64,000 bases of DNA from Gemmatimonas sp. (GCA_965279375.1 OZ257156.1:3904001-3968000); one strand, 5' to 3'. Shown: positions 21,578-35,150, counted from the stretch's first letter. Notes: a model not told the origin generated them from the letters alone. Program-made: numbers and translations.

Positions 21578-22434
21578 GACGTCGGTGCCGGTAGAAGCAG
21601 CCAGCCGTACAGCGCGTACGCGACGGGGAGCACGAAGAAGAGGGAATCCAGTCGATCGAGCACGCCGCCATGCCCCGGGAAGATCGTTCCGCTGTCCTTC
21701 ACGCCAGCCTCACGCTTGAACAACGACTCGGCGAGGTCGCCAACCTGCGCGGCCACACTGATGCACACGGAAAAGATCACGAGGCCCCACGGACTGAACG
21801 CCAGCTGCGCCTGCGGCTTGAGCAGGTAATGCACGAACACTCCACACACCACGGTTGTCGTGACCAACGCTCCGATGGCGCCAGCAACGGTTTTTCCGGG
21901 GCTCACCGAGGGCATCAGCTTGCGGCCGCCAATAGCGCGACCAGCGAAGTATGCCCCGACATCGCTCGCCCAGGTGAGTATCACCGGCAACAGCACCGCC
22001 AGTGCCCCCGCGGTCTCACCGACGGCGTAGTTGAAGTAGCGGAGCGCGTAGACATAGCTGAGCGTGCCACCCGTGTACAAGACGCCCATGATCGTGCTTG
22101 CGGCGGAACCGAGCGGATGACCATCCACGCCGCGCACCCAGATGGAAGCGGCGATGATCACGAGCACGGTGAGCGTGAACGTGTACATCGGCAGCTGCAC
22201 GACACCCAGAAAGTGCGCGTGCGTCGCGATCGGCAGGAGCGCGGCCAGCACGATACCAATGGGCGCAATTGGCGCGCTGCCACTCGCGCGCGAAATGCGG
22301 AAGAACTCCCATGCAGCGACGGCTGACAACACTGCCGCCAGCGTGGCGAGCGGCGCATCTCCGAGCCAGATGAGCCACACGGCAATCGGAGCGCCGATGA
22401 GCGCCACGATCGCGCGACGAGCGAGTTCGCTCAC
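21574..22434 (-). CDS. cdsA: Phosphatidate cytidylyltransferase
   Basis: SPGKT, GDLAESLFKR..GVKDSG..FPGHGGVLDRLDS. Confidence 0.96.
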   Translation of the reverse strand: MSELARRAIVALIGAPIAVWLIWLGDAPLATLAAVLSAVAAWEFFRISRASGSAPIAPIGIVLAALLPIATHAHFLGVVQLPMYTFTLTVLVIIAASIWVRGVDGHPLGSAASTIMGVLYTGGTLSYVYALRYFNYAVGETAGALAVLLPVILTWASDVGAYFAGRAIGGRKLMPSVSPGKTVAGAIGALVTTTVVCGVFVHYLLKPQAQLAFSPWGLVIFSVCISVAAQVGDLAESLFKREAGVKDSGTIFPGHGGVLDRLDSLFFVLPVAYALYGWLLLPAPTS

Positions 22435-22476
22435 GCAGTCATGCCAGGCGGGGACACGGCGATGCGCCGTGCTGCC

Positions 22477-23226
<750 letters not shown>

Positions 23227-23274
23227 CGGAGCCGCTGACGGTGGGCGCATAGGGATCTGATCCGAGGCGCAGGA

Positions 23275-23829
23275 TCAGACCTCCATCAATTCAGCTTCCT
23301 TCGCCTTGAGCATCGACTCCAGCTTGCCGATGCTGTCGTCGTGCAGCTTCTGCAGGTCCTTCTCCGCGTGCTTCTTGTCGTCCTCGGAGATGCCATCAAG
23401 CTTCTTCACCTTGTCGCGTGCATCGGTGCGCGCATGACGAATGGCGATGCGACCGTCTTCCGCGAGCTTGTTGAGCACCTTCACGAGTTCCTTGCGACGC
23501 TGCTCGTTCATCGACGGCAGCGGAACGCGGATAACGCCGCTCTGATGCGCTGGATCCAGGCCAAGCTCAGACTCGCGAATGGCCTTCTCGATCGCCTTCG
23601 CCTGTCCCTTGTCGAACGGCGTCACGAGCAGGATGCGCGGCTCCGGCGCCGACACCGACGCGACCTGATTCAACGGCACATAGGTGCCGTACGCTTCGAC
23701 CTTGATGGTGTCGAGCATGTTGGGCGACGCCTTGCCGGAACGGATCCCCGAGAACTCGCGCTTGGAGTTCTCGAGACCCTTTTCCATGCCGGTCTTCGTG
23801 TCCTTCAGGATCTGTGCGATAGTGCTCAT
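23275..23829 (-). CDS. frr: Ribosome recycling factor
   Basis: IRSGKASP, PLNQVA, RRKELVK; pyrH-frr-uppS synteny. Confidence 0.96.
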   Translation of the reverse strand: MSTIAQILKDTKTGMEKGLENSKREFSGIRSGKASPNMLDTIKVEAYGTYVPLNQVASVSAPEPRILLVTPFDKGQAKAIEKAIRESELGLDPAHQSGVIRVPLPSMNEQRRKELVKVLNKLAEDGRIAIRHARTDARDKVKKLDGISEDDKKHAEKDLQKLHDDSIGKLESMLKAKEAELMEV

Positions 23830-23836
23830 GCGGGGC

Positions 23837-24604
23837 TCAGGATACGAGGGTGCCAATGCGTTCGCCACGAACGGCGCGTTCGATTGCGCCCGGGCTGTTG
23901 ATGTTCAACACGACCAGCGGCAACTGATTCTCTTTGCACAGTGTGATGGCTGTCTGGTCCATCACCCGCAGCTCTTCGAGCATCACGTCGCGATAGCTGA
24001 TCGTTTCGTACAGGCTGGCGTTGGGATCCTTCTTGGGGTCGGCAGAATACACGCCGTCGACGCTGGTCGCCTTGATGATGACGTCGGCCTTCATCTGGAT
24101 GGCGCGCAGCACCGCCGCGGTGTCCGTCGAAAAGTACGGGTTCCCGGTGCCGGCGGCAAAGATAACGGTGCGGCCGACTTCGAGATGACGCAGCGCACGT
24201 CGCCGGATGTAGGGCTCAGCCAGCTCTTCCATCCGAATGGCGGTCATCACGCGCGTCTCGAGCCCCTTCTTCTCCAGCATGTCCTGCAGGGCGAGCGCGT
24301 TGATCACCGTACCGAGCATGCCCATGTAGTCGGCGCCGACACGATCCATGCCCATCTGCGACAGCTGCGCACCGCGCACGATGTTTCCGCCGCCGATGAC
24401 CAGTCCGAGCTGCACACCGAGCGCTTTTACGCGGCTGACCTGCTCCGCGAAGAACTCGATCCGTTCAAAATCGAAGCCAACGCCCTTGTCGCCTGCCAGC
24501 GCTTCACCGGAGAGCTTCAGCAGCACACGCGGATAACGCAACGCGCCGGTGGCTTCCGCCACCGACGCGCCGTTCCCGGCCTCTGCAGGGATGGAGTCGC
24601 TCAC
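23837..24604 (-). CDS. pyrH: UMP kinase
   Basis: [26 protein letters not shown]. Confidence 0.97.
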   Translation of the reverse strand: MSDSIPAEAGNGASVAEATGALRYPRVLLKLSGEALAGDKGVGFDFERIEFFAEQVSRVKALGVQLGLVIGGGNIVRGAQLSQMGMDRVGADYMGMLGTVINALALQDMLEKKGLETRVMTAIRMEELAEPYIRRRALRHLEVGRTVIFAAGTGNPYFSTDTAAVLRAIQMKADVIIKATSVDGVYSADPKKDPNASLYETISYRDVMLEELRVMDQTAITLCKENQLPLVVLNINSPGAIERAVRGERIGTLVS

Positions 24605-24612
24605 GTTGGCGC

Positions 24613-25506
24613 TCAGTCTGCGCCCAGCTGCAAACGAGCGAATGCATCCACCGTGATCGTGCCACCCGCGCGCTCCGCGTGATCCTTGATCAGCGCAGCG
24701 ATCGTAATCGCCGGATCGCGGACCCACGCCTGCGGCAGAAGCGTCACGTCCTTGAGGAACGCTTCGACCTTGCCGGTCGCGATTTTGTCGATCATCGCTT
24801 CCGGCTTGCCGGCCTCACGCGCCTGCTCCTCACCGATGCGACGCTCGCTTTCGATCTTCTCCGCAGGCACGCCGTGACGATCGACGGCGAGCGGTGCCGA
24901 GGCCGCGACATGCTCGGCGATGAACTTGACCAGCTGGTGCGTGGACTCGTGCTTGGCGACGTCGGGCGACGAGGTCGTGACCTTGACCAGCGTGCCGAGC
25001 TTGCCGTTGTGGTGGCGATACATGCCGACGTAGCCCGACGGACCGGCGTCGAAGCGCGCGATCTTCTTCACGTTGACCGCTTCGCCCGTCTTGGCAGCCG
25101 TCACCTTGACGTACTGATCGACCGTCTGGGTCGCATCGCCGTGATACGTCTCGGCGAGGAACTCCTCGGCCGTGGCGGCCTTGGACTGCGCCATCTGCGC
25201 GACGAGCGTGTGCACGAACGCGCCGAAGTCCTCGTTACGCGCGACGAAGTCGGTTTCACAGGCGACTTCGACGAGCACGCCGGCCTGGCCGTGGTCGAGG
25301 ATCTGTCCGCCGACGATGCCTTCGCTCGTGGAGCGATCAGCGCGCTTCTCCGCCTTGGCGATGCCCTTGGCGCGGAGGTACTCGACGGCGGCGTCCATGT
25401 CCCCGCCGGTCTCTTCGAGGGCCTTCTTGCAGTCCATCATGCCGGCGCCGGTGCGCTGGCGGAGCTCCGAGACAGCCTTGGCCGTGATCGGTGTCGTCAT
25501 CGTCAT
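24613..25506 (-). CDS. tsf: Elongation factor Ts
   Basis: [25 protein letters not shown]. Confidence 0.98.
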   Translation of the reverse strand: MTMTTPITAKAVSELRQRTGAGMMDCKKALEETGGDMDAAVEYLRAKGIAKAEKRADRSTSEGIVGGQILDHGQAGVLVEVACETDFVARNEDFGAFVHTLVAQMAQSKAATAEEFLAETYHGDATQTVDQYVKVTAAKTGEAVNVKKIARFDAGPSGYVGMYRHHNGKLGTLVKVTTSSPDVAKHESTHQLVKFIAEHVAASAPLAVDRHGVPAEKIESERRIGEEQAREAGKPEAMIDKIATGKVEAFLKDVTLLPQAWVRDPAITIAALIKDHAERAGGTITVDAFARLQLGAD

Positions 25507-25583
25507 GCCTATGTGAAAAATGTCGTAGTTCGCGTAGGGAACCCGCGATGTGCTGCGGGGGGTGCTGGGGTTCTGTGTACGAA

Positions 25584-25607
25584 CGCCGCCGGTTGAAGCC
25601 GGCGGCG
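25584..25607 (-). other. GC-rich hairpin in the rpsB-tsf spacer
   Basis: CGCCGCCGG-ttgaag-CCGGCGGCG inverted repeat, no clear U-tract. Confidence 0.4.
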
Positions 25608-25662
25608 CGTTGAAACTACCACATTTGGACGCGCACCTCGTATGGTGCACGTACCGCGTGGG

Positions 25663-26616
25663 TCACTCCGCTGCGTCGCTCGATTCAGCGCTGGCTTCGC
25701 CGGCGTCCTCTGCTCCACCTTCAGCGCCCGTCTTCAGGCGCGCGGCGATAGCTTCGGGCTTGGCACGGCGGCGGCGCGGGCGACGACGCTTCTCGTCCTC
25801 GCTGGCACTGCGACCGGCGCCAGGCGCGCCACCGGCACCACGATCGCCACGGTCACCGCGACCGGCGGGCTCTGCGCCACGATCGGTGCTGTAGACGTAG
25901 CTCTCCTGCTCTTCATCGGCCGGGCGAGACGGCGCCTCGCGGCGCGCCTCGTCGATCGTATCGGAGACGGCCTTCGCGATCAGTTCGACCGAGCGAATGG
26001 CGTCGTCGTTACCGGCGATCGGCACCGTGATGAGATCCGGATCCGCGTTGGTGTCGACGATCGCGACGATCGGTACACCGAGCTTGTTGGCTTCGGAAAC
26101 AGCGATGCGCTCCTTCTTGGAATCGATGACGAACAGCAGCCCCGGGAGGCGCGTCATCGTCTTGATGCCCGAGAGGTACTTGGAGAGCTTCTCGCGCTGC
26201 CGCGACATCAGCAGCTGTTCCTTCTTGGTGTAGTTCGCGAGCGTACCATCTTCCGCGCCAGCCTCAAGCTCCTTGAGCTTGCGGATCTGCTTCTTGGCGG
26301 TCTGGAAGTTGGTCAGCATGCCGCCGAGCCAGCGCTCGGTGACGAACATCGCGCCGCAGCGCTCGGCCTCGGCCTGCACGATGGCCGCCAGCTGGCGCTT
26401 GGTGCAAACGAAGAGCACCTGCTCGCCGCGCAGGACGACCTCGCGGACGAGCTTCTGCGCCAGTTCGATCTGGCGGAGCGTCTTCTGCAGGTCGATGATG
26501 TGAATGCCATTGCGCTCCGCGAAAATGAAGCGGCGCATCTTGGGGTTCCAACGACGGGTCTGGTGCCCGAAGTGAACGCCCGCGGCAAGCAGTTGCTCGA
26601 GGGACGGACTGGTCAT
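25663..26616 (-). CDS. rpsB: 30S ribosomal protein S2 with long C-terminal extension
   Basis: AGVHFGHQTRRWNPKM, RWLGGMLTN, GNDDAIRS. Confidence 0.98.
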   Translation of the reverse strand: MTSPSLEQLLAAGVHFGHQTRRWNPKMRRFIFAERNGIHIIDLQKTLRQIELAQKLVREVVLRGEQVLFVCTKRQLAAIVQAEAERCGAMFVTERWLGGMLTNFQTAKKQIRKLKELEAGAEDGTLANYTKKEQLLMSRQREKLSKYLSGIKTMTRLPGLLFVIDSKKERIAVSEANKLGVPIVAIVDTNADPDLITVPIAGNDDAIRSVELIAKAVSDTIDEARREAPSRPADEEQESYVYSTDRGAEPAGRGDRGDRGAGGAPGAGRSASEDEKRRRPRRRRAKPEAIAARLKTGAEGGAEDAGEASAESSDAAE

Positions 26617-26752
26617 GTTGTGTACGACTGGAGGTTTTGGATTCGTCCGCCTTCGTCGTCGCCTGGTGCGACCGAATCTCGAAGGATTCGGCACCCGCAC
26701 CAGGCTCGGAAGGCGTGCAGGATTCGTAGAGGGGCGGCCGAAGCCGCCTGAC

Positions 26753-27142
26753 TCAACGCTTGGAGAACTGGAACCGCTTACGGGCGCCAGCGCGGCCCGG
26801 CTTCTTACGCTCGACTTCACGCGCATCGCGAGTGAGGAGGCCGAATTCACGCAACTTCTTCTTGTTGCTCTCGTCGAGCTTCACGAGCGCGCGGGCAATC
26901 GCGAGACGCACCGCACCGGCCTGACCGGCGACACCGCCGCCATCGAGCACGGCCTTGATGTCATAGCGGCCCAGCGTGTCCGTCAGCGTGAACGGCTGCT
27001 GGATCGCCGACACGAGCGTCGGACGCGGGAAGTAGTCACCGAGCGTGCGGCCGTTCACATCCCACTTGCCCGAGCCGGGCTTGAGATAGAGGCGGCAGAC
27101 CGCCCGCTTACGACGGCCGACGGCCTGAATCTGGTCCGACAT
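26753..27142 (-). CDS. rpsI: 30S ribosomal protein S9
   Basis: GRRKRA, GQAGA, ERKKPG, FSKR end. Confidence 0.98.
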   Translation of the reverse strand: MSDQIQAVGRRKRAVCRLYLKPGSGKWDVNGRTLGDYFPRPTLVSAIQQPFTLTDTLGRYDIKAVLDGGGVAGQAGAVRLAIARALVKLDESNKKKLREFGLLTRDAREVERKKPGRAGARKRFQFSKR

Positions 27143-27591
27143 TACTTGGCCTCAGCGTGGGAGAACGACAACGTCGCCGGCATCTGCGCGGCGTGCGGAT
27201 GCTCGGCACCGGCGTAGACGCGCAGCTTGCGGCGCAACACCTGACGGCCGAGCGCCGTCTTCGGCAGCATGCCGTAAACAGCCTTCTCGATCACGCGCTC
27301 CGGATGCGTGGAAATCACAGTCGCGAACGGCGTGTGCTTCTCATGGCCCATGTAGCCGGTGTGGCTGAAGTACGTCTTCTGCTCAGCCTTGCGACCGGTC
27401 ACCTGCACCTTCGACGCATTGATCACGATGACGAAATCGCCCGTGTCCATGTGCGGCGTGAACATCGGCTTGTGCTTGCCGCGAATGACTTTCGCGATCT
27501 CAGTGGCCAGTCGGCCGAGCACCATGCCTTCGGCGTCGACGATGTACCACCGCCGATCGATATCCTTCGGAGTCGCGCTGTAGGTCTTCAT
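27142..27591 (-). CDS. rplM: 50S ribosomal protein L13
   Basis: LGRLA, GKHKP.FTPH.DTGD, GMLPK, HPHAAQ. Confidence 0.98.
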   Translation of the reverse strand: MKTYSATPKDIDRRWYIVDAEGMVLGRLATEIAKVIRGKHKPMFTPHMDTGDFVIVINASKVQVTGRKAEQKTYFSHTGYMGHEKHTPFATVISTHPERVIEKAVYGMLPKTALGRQVLRRKLRVYAGAEHPHAAQMPATLSFSHAEAK

Positions 27592-27828
27592 ACGTCCGTC
27601 TTGGTGAGGCACCCATGGGGCGCCCGGAACGAGGTCTGCCCCGAGCGGGCCGGCCCCCTGGTTTCGTGCACAAATACGCCAAGCGCGACACAACAACACG
27701 TGCTCCACCCAAGGGCTACTACGCCCTGGCGGGTCACGCCTGTGCGATCACGATCGACCGGATCCAATCCCCCGCGAACAACTACGCGAACTGCAGTCCA
27801 ACCGCGGGCGGATTTACGACAGACTCAC

Positions 27829-27857
27829 AGCTTAGCCCGGAGAGGCGCGTCTGTCAA
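27829..27857 (-). promoter_or_regulatory. Sigma70 promoter of rplM-rpsI
   Basis: Minus strand TTGACA-N17-TAAGCT, near consensus. Confidence 0.72.
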
Positions 27858-27993
27858 TTGCGCCCGACCTCTCGCGTGCCAGCCCTGTGACCAAAGCCCT
27901 TGCGGCATTTCGTCCCGACTCTCATGCTCCCGTCTGCCGCGAGATCGCCTCAATGACGGGGAATCCGCGCTGACCACCACTAGGAGTGCGCGA

Positions 27994-28350
27994 ATGGGCA
28001 TGGTTTCGGAGTTCAAGGAATTCGCGATGAAGGGAAGCGTCATGGACCTCGCCGTCGGCGTGGTCATCGGTGGCGCCTTCCAGAAGATCGTCGACAGTAT
28101 GGTCTCTGACATCATCATGCCGGTCGTCGGGCTCTTGACCGGAGGCGCGGACTTCTCCAACCGTTTTGTCGTCCTCGGCAACGGCGGACCGTTCACCACG
28201 CTCGAAGAGGCCAAGAAGGCCGGCGTCGCCACGCTCAACTACGGCATGTTCGTCAATCAGGTCCTGACGTTCCTGATCGTCGCGTTCGTCCTGTTCATGG
28301 TGATCAAGGCAGTCAACAAGATGCGCAGCGGAATGCCCGCCAAGGGCTGA
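27994..28350 (+). CDS. mscL: Large-conductance mechanosensitive channel
   Basis: EFKEFAMKGSVMDLAVGVVIGGAF, YGMFV, FLIVAF; AGGAG SD; lacks the usual C-terminal LLxEIRD helix. Confidence 0.95.
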   Translation: MGMVSEFKEFAMKGSVMDLAVGVVIGGAFQKIVDSMVSDIIMPVVGLLTGGADFSNRFVVLGNGGPFTTLEEAKKAGVATLNYGMFVNQVLTFLIVAFVLFMVIKAVNKMRSGMPAKG

Positions 28351-28399
28351 CCGACCAGGTACGCACCACGCCGGGGACGCCGGTCCCGCGCGGCTGACG

Positions 28400-28915
28400 C
28401 TACGCCGCCGTGACCGGCCCCAGCTCGACCAGCACCGCCCCTTTCTCCACCGCCGCGCCAACGATCGCGCGCACCGCCGTGACCACACCGGCGGACGTGG
28501 ACCGGAGTTCATTCTCCATCTTCATCGCCTCCACCACCACGAGCCCTTGGCCGGCCGACACCTCGTCGCCGACGGACACGGACACGCGCACCACCAATCC
28601 AGGCATCGGCGCCACCAAAGGCGCCGGACCGAATGCGGCGGCAGACAACTCAGTCAGATCGCGCAAGGTGCGCATCCGCTCGTCGAGTGCGTCCGTTTCG
28701 TAGCGAACACCGTCCATGTCGAGTCGCCACGCCCCGCGAGCGGCACCGCGTCGCGCGAGCACGCGATGCACTGTGTCGCCTATCCGTACCAACTGAACGG
28801 GGGTGCCGGGAACGGACACCAGGCTGACCGGCACCGCCTCACCGTCGACGGTCGCGATCGCGCCGTCCAGCTCGACCACGGTCCGGGATCCGTTCACTTC
28901 TACGACGTACTTCAT
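28400..28915 (-). CDS. Biotin carboxyl carrier subunit
   Basis: APMPG and EAMKMENE biotinylation motif. Confidence 0.93.
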   Translation of the reverse strand: MKYVVEVNGSRTVVELDGAIATVDGEAVPVSLVSVPGTPVQLVRIGDTVHRVLARRGAARGAWRLDMDGVRYETDALDERMRTLRDLTELSAAAFGPAPLVAPMPGLVVRVSVSVGDEVSAGQGLVVVEAMKMENELRSTSAGVVTAVRAIVGAAVEKGAVLVELGPVTAA

Positions 28916-30357
28916 TCCGCCTCCGGAACAAGAACGCAAACGGATTCGACATGCGCCGTCTGCGGGAACATGTCAAAGCACTTGAGCGCCTCCACGCGCC
29001 ACGCCGGCATGCGAGACAGATCTCGCGCCAACGTTGCGGGATCACAGCTCACGTACACGATGGCACGCACACCACGCGACGCCGCCTCTGCCAATAGCGC
29101 CGTCACTCGAATGTCCACGCCACGACGCGGAGGATTGAGTACGACCACGTCCGTCGGCAACGAAGCCGCCAGCGCCGCTTCCACGGTATCCGTGATGACG
29201 CGTGCATCTGCGGCGCTCGCCAAACGGCGCCGAGCCGATTCGGCACCGACGGAATCAGCCTCGATCGCCGTCACGCCCACGCCGGCCTCGGCGAGGAGTG
29301 CGCTCAGCACGCCAACGCCGGCGTACGCATCGACAACGCGCTTCGGCGCGAAGGCCAGCACGCGCTCCTGCACGTAAGCGCGGAGCGCCGCTGCCACCTC
29401 CTCGTTCACCTGCGCGAAGGCCAGCGCCTCCGTGGGCTCGGGACCTTCATCCACATCGCTCGTCCCCTGCACCGCCATGCCGCCCAGCAACTCAGCCGCG
29501 GCCACACCACGACGCGCGGCGATGAGAGTCGTCGCCCCTTGCTCCGATTGCCACCACACGGCCGCCAGCGGCGCGTGCGCACGCAGAAGCGACGCGCCCC
29601 ACTCCGCCGCGCCTTCCCACGCTGTTCCGCCAATCACGACGAGCGCGACAGCGTCGCCGTTCGCTTGCGCGACACTCGAATCGACCGACTCGCTCGGCGC
29701 GTCCACGCGACGCAGGGCGAGACGGAGCATCGGCGCGGCGGGCAGGCCACGAGACTGGCTGCGCACGGCGTGCCAAGCGGCAACGAGCGACGGGTGCGCG
29801 ATGGCGCATTCCTCCAGCTCGAACACACGCACAGGATCATCGAACGGGTGCAAGCCGCCAGTCCACGCGCCACCACGAGGTCTGAGCGTCAACGTCAGGC
29901 GGCCGCGATAGGCCCACTGCGCACCAGACACCAGATCGGCACGCGGCACGTCGCGCTTACCGATCCGACGCAACGCGTCCTGCACGATGGTCAGCCGCGC
30001 GTCGCGCTGCGCCGAGGCGGAGAGGTGCTGCAGCTGACACCCGCCACAGCGATCCGCCTCGTAGTGCCGGCACGTGGGTTCGACGCGATCAGCCGAGAGC
30101 TCAAGCAGCTGCAACACACGCCCCCGCGCATGGCGTGCATGCGTCTGAAAGGCCACCTGCGCGAGATCGCCCGGCGCCGTGCGAGGCACGAAGCACGCGA
30201 GGCCATCAACGCGCCCCACGCCATCGCCGCCGGCCGCAATGCTGTCGATCCGCACGTTCCCTACCGACTCCACGCGCGCGCGTTGACGCGCTGCAGCTGC
30301 AGCCGCCTGCCCCTCACGGCGACCGCGAGCGGATCGGCCGCCACGTCGCGACATCAT
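28912..30357 (-). CDS. RlmD/TrmA-family RNA (uracil-C5)-methyltransferase
   Basis: TRAM domain, C..CGGC Fe-S motif, FAQVN, DAYAGVG, NPPR, YVSCDP, DMFPQTAHVE. Confidence 0.9.
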   Translation of the reverse strand: MMSRRGGRSARGRREGQAAAAAARQRARVESVGNVRIDSIAAGGDGVGRVDGLACFVPRTAPGDLAQVAFQTHARHARGRVLQLLELSADRVEPTCRHYEADRCGGCQLQHLSASAQRDARLTIVQDALRRIGKRDVPRADLVSGAQWAYRGRLTLTLRPRGGAWTGGLHPFDDPVRVFELEECAIAHPSLVAAWHAVRSQSRGLPAAPMLRLALRRVDAPSESVDSSVAQANGDAVALVVIGGTAWEGAAEWGASLLRAHAPLAAVWWQSEQGATTLIAARRGVAAAELLGGMAVQGTSDVDEGPEPTEALAFAQVNEEVAAALRAYVQERVLAFAPKRVVDAYAGVGVLSALLAEAGVGVTAIEADSVGAESARRRLASAADARVITDTVEAALAASLPTDVVVLNPPRRGVDIRVTALLAEAASRGVRAIVYVSCDPATLARDLSRMPAWRVEALKCFDMFPQTAHVESVCVLVPEAE

Positions 30358-31900
30358 CAACTCCTGAGCCCTTCGTAACGCGCCTGCTGTGCCCACGACG
30401 CACTGCTCGCTGACGGATGATCGACCGTGGCCTCGGCGTTCGACGCCGCCGCCGCTGGCAGTCTGCCTGACGCACGTTCGGCCTGCGTCAGCAGCGCAGC
30501 AGCAATTGCCGCGAGTCGTGTCGCGTCCGGATCGTCGAGGTCTTTCGTGAGTTCAGGCAGGGTCTGCTCGAGCCACTGGATCGAGATGTCGCCACTCTGA
30601 AACGCGGGATGGTCCATCACGCGCAGATGAAAGCCACGCGACGTTTCCACTCCATCGATAGTGAGCTCGAGGAGCGCGCGACGCATGCGCGCGATAGCGA
30701 GCGGTCGCGTCGGTGCGTGCACGATGAGCTTCGCGAGCATCGGGTCGTAGTATAGACCGACGTCGCTTCCCGTTTCGATGCCACCATCCCAGCGCACGCC
30801 GGGTCCCGTGGGCAGATGCAGATACGACACGCGCCCGGTGGACGGCAGAAACCCGTTCGTAGGGTCCTCGCTGGTGATACGGCATTCCATGGCCCAGCCG
30901 CGCGGCTGAAAGTCCTTCTGAGCAAACGGCAGCGGCTCTCCCGACGCGATGCGAATCTGCCACTGCACCAGATCGAGCCCCATGACGAGTTCAGTGACCG
31001 GATGCTCAACCTGAATGCGCGTGTTCATCTCGAGAAAGTAGAACTCACCACTCTTGTCGAGCAGGAACTCGCAGGTGCCGGCGTTCACGTAGCCGGCCGC
31101 GCGCGCGGCGGCTACGGCCGTCGCTCCCATCCGTGCACGCAGCTCGGGTGTCACGGCCACACTCGGAGCTTCCTCGATCATCTTCTGATGTCGACGCTGC
31201 ACTGAGCATTCACGTTCACCCAGGTGCACGACGTTGCCGTACTTGTCGGCGAGCACCTGAATCTCCACGTGGCGCGGTCCGTCGATGTACTTCTCGACGT
31301 ACACCGCATCGTCGCCGAACGCATTGCGCGATTCGCGTTGTGCTGACGCCAATGCGTCCGCGAGTTCCGACGCTTGATGCACGACGCGCATCCCCTTCCC
31401 GCCACCGCCGGCAGCCGCCTTGAGCAACACCGGAAATCCAAACTTCTCGGCGACCGTCAACGCGTCGGCGGCGTCTCGCAATGCCTCCGTGGTCCCCGGA
31501 ACAACCGGCACGCCGGCGGAGATGGCCAACTGACGCGCGGCGGTCTTCGAGCCCATCGCTTCGATCGATTCCGCAGACGGCCCGATGAAGACGAGTCCTG
31601 CCTCGCGCACGGCACGTGCGAACCAAGCGCGCTCGGACAGGAACCCGTAGCCGGGATGAATCGCCTCGGCGCCCGTACGCAATGCAACTTCGATGAGACG
31701 GTCGCCGAGCAGGTAACTCTGCGCTGCAGGGGCGGGTCCGATGTTGACTGCTTCGTCGGCTTCGCGCACGTGGGGCGCGCTCGCGTCAGCGTCGGAGTAG
31801 ACGGCGACAGTCTTGACGCCGAGCTCCTGACAGGCGCGAATGACGCGCAACGCGATCTCGCCGCGATTGGCGACCAGCACTTTGCGGAACATGCCGGCGC

Positions 31901-31904
<4 letters not shown>
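30357..31904 (-). CDS. accC: Biotin carboxylase subunit (acetyl/propionyl-CoA carboxylase)
   Basis: [47 protein letters not shown]; no fused biotinyl domain. Confidence 0.92.
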
Positions 31905-33445
<1,541 letters not shown>

Positions 33446-33504
33446 GGTGCGGGAAGCTATCGCCCGACTGTGGCAGCGACTAGCGCGAGGGGATGAAATG
33501 GACA

Positions 33505-33532
33505 AAGCCGACCACCCGAAGGTGGCCGGCTT
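33505..33532 (-). terminator. Hairpin terminator after the TonB-domain gene
   Basis: Minus strand AAGCCGGCCACC-TTCG-GGTGGTCGGCTT then TGTCCATTT; a second hairpin lies at 33574-33594. Confidence 0.55.
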
Positions 33533-33602
33533 CGTAACCGTCGTTCGCAACGAGTGCGCGCGGCGGTGTCTGGCGGGTGGCGAGACGCCACCCGAGCGTC
33601 CG

Positions 33603-34004
33603 TTACGGCTTGTAGATGATCGGCAGCACGACGCGCGTCTTCACCGTATTGCCGTTCACCTTGCCCGGCTGGAAGTCGAGCTTCGTGACGACCTTCTTCG
33701 CCGCTTCGCCGAGCGCGCTCTGCGTCGCGTCTACGACTTCGATCGTGCCGGGTTCCACCTTGCCCTTGGAATCCACGACGAACTGGATCTCCACCATGCC
33801 ACCTACGCCGCGGCTCTTGAGGTCGGACGGGTAGGATTCGGAGATGAGACGTGCAGCCGTGGTCGCAGAGGCGAGCTTCGGCGGATTGGTGACTTCGTTG
33901 ATCGGATACACCTTGTCGTCCTGCGCAGCAGCCGTGCGGGCCAGCGGACCGAACATCAGGGCGCCAATCACTGGCAGCAGCAGACGGATCGAGGAACGCT
34001 TCAT
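33603..34004 (-). CDS. Signal peptide plus stand-alone TonB C-terminal domain protein
   Basis: AAA-Q cleavage site, YP...[24 protein letters not shown]. Confidence 0.85.
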   Translation of the reverse strand: MKRSSIRLLLPVIGALMFGPLARTAAAQDDKVYPINEVTNPPKLASATTAARLISESYPSDLKSRGVGGMVEIQFVVDSKGKVEPGTIEVVDATQSALGEAAKKVVTKLDFQPGKVNGNTVKTRVVLPIIYKP

Positions 34005-34457
34005 CGTGACATCTCCAAGAATTTTGTACGCATTGGGTTCGCGAGACGCGAGGCGCCTGCGATGCACGAGAGGTCTATCGGCGCGACGCGACGAGGGCTT
34101 TAGCGTTTGTCACTTTTCCCAACGGCGCCGTCACCGCGGTGGCGCTTTTGGACTTTCGGCGCCGAGATCGCCTATTTTGCGGCTGCCGGTACAGTGACGA
34201 TCCGATCCTGCCAGCCGTCCTCGCACGACGGGCGGCGTCGGATGGGCTCGCTTAAGGCATCGCTAATTTCTGTGACACTGTGGGTGCAGAGGCATTCCTA
34301 CGCGGCCTCAGGCTGCTATGTTCGCCTGCGACATCTGCGACGCTTCGCGATCGCGTGAAGCGTTCGAGCTGCTGGTACGTGCGTTGACCGTTTTGTTGTC
34401 CGATGGTCCGGTAGATTGCCGGATCATCACTCGTCCGACGCTCCCTTTTCCAACGAC

Positions 34458-35024
34458 ATGTCCGATTTCTTCCGCCTCGAAGATGACGCGCCTGCGCGCC
34501 GCATTGTGTACATCGGCGCGTTGCTCCTCATCGCCGTGCCGTTCGTGCAGGCCGGGTCGCAGCTGTGGCCGTTGAAGCTCGCCAATATCCAATGGCGTTT
34601 CGGCGCAGCGAACGCGCTGTCGGCCGTGCTCCTGCTGCCCTTCCTCGGCGGGTCGCTGATGTTCCTGACCGCCCGCGCGACCTCAAGCCGCGGAATCTCC
34701 CGCGCGGTTGGCGCATTCTCGGCACTGATGGCACTTGCGGTCGCGGGTTCCACGATCGCTTTCGTGTTCGACGCGCTGCAGCTGCGAACGATCGTGCAGT
34801 CGCGAATGATGGAGCAGTTCAACACGACCGCATTCCGCGTGACGATCCTCTCGGCGATCTTCGCTGTCGCGTACTTGTTGCTCGCCTTGGCGTGCTTCCG
34901 GCAGCCGGCGTTTCGCGCCGCTCCGGCGCGCACCGGCGGCCCCTCTGCCGGCAATACCGCGGCACGCAAGCAGGAAGAGCAGGTCACGCTCATCGTCGGC
35001 CAGGGCTCGTCCAAGACGGAGTAG
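34458..35024 (+). CDS. Hypothetical four-TM membrane protein
   Basis: 188 aa with four hydrophobic segments; ends at the shared terminator. Confidence 0.75.
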   Translation: MSDFFRLEDDAPARRIVYIGALLLIAVPFVQAGSQLWPLKLANIQWRFGAANALSAVLLLPFLGGSLMFLTARATSSRGISRAVGAFSALMALAVAGSTIAFVFDALQLRTIVQSRMMEQFNTTAFRVTILSAIFAVAYLLLALACFRQPAFRAAPARTGGPSAGNTAARKQEEQVTLIVGQGSSKTE

Positions 35025-35081
35025 CGATCAACACGGCAGCACGCGGCAGGCTGCGGTCGCAGGCGTAGGAGCGACAACGCA

Positions 35082-35115
35082 AAACGCCCTTCAGGATTGC
35101 TCCTGAAGGGCGTTT
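35082..35115. terminator. Bidirectional intrinsic terminator between convergent genes
   Basis: Perfect AAACGCCCTTCAGGA-ttgc-TCCTGAAGGGCGTTT stem with A/T flanks. Confidence 0.85.
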
Positions 35116-35150
35116 CGTTTGTCCGCCACGTTACCGTGGCTGGAGACTGC

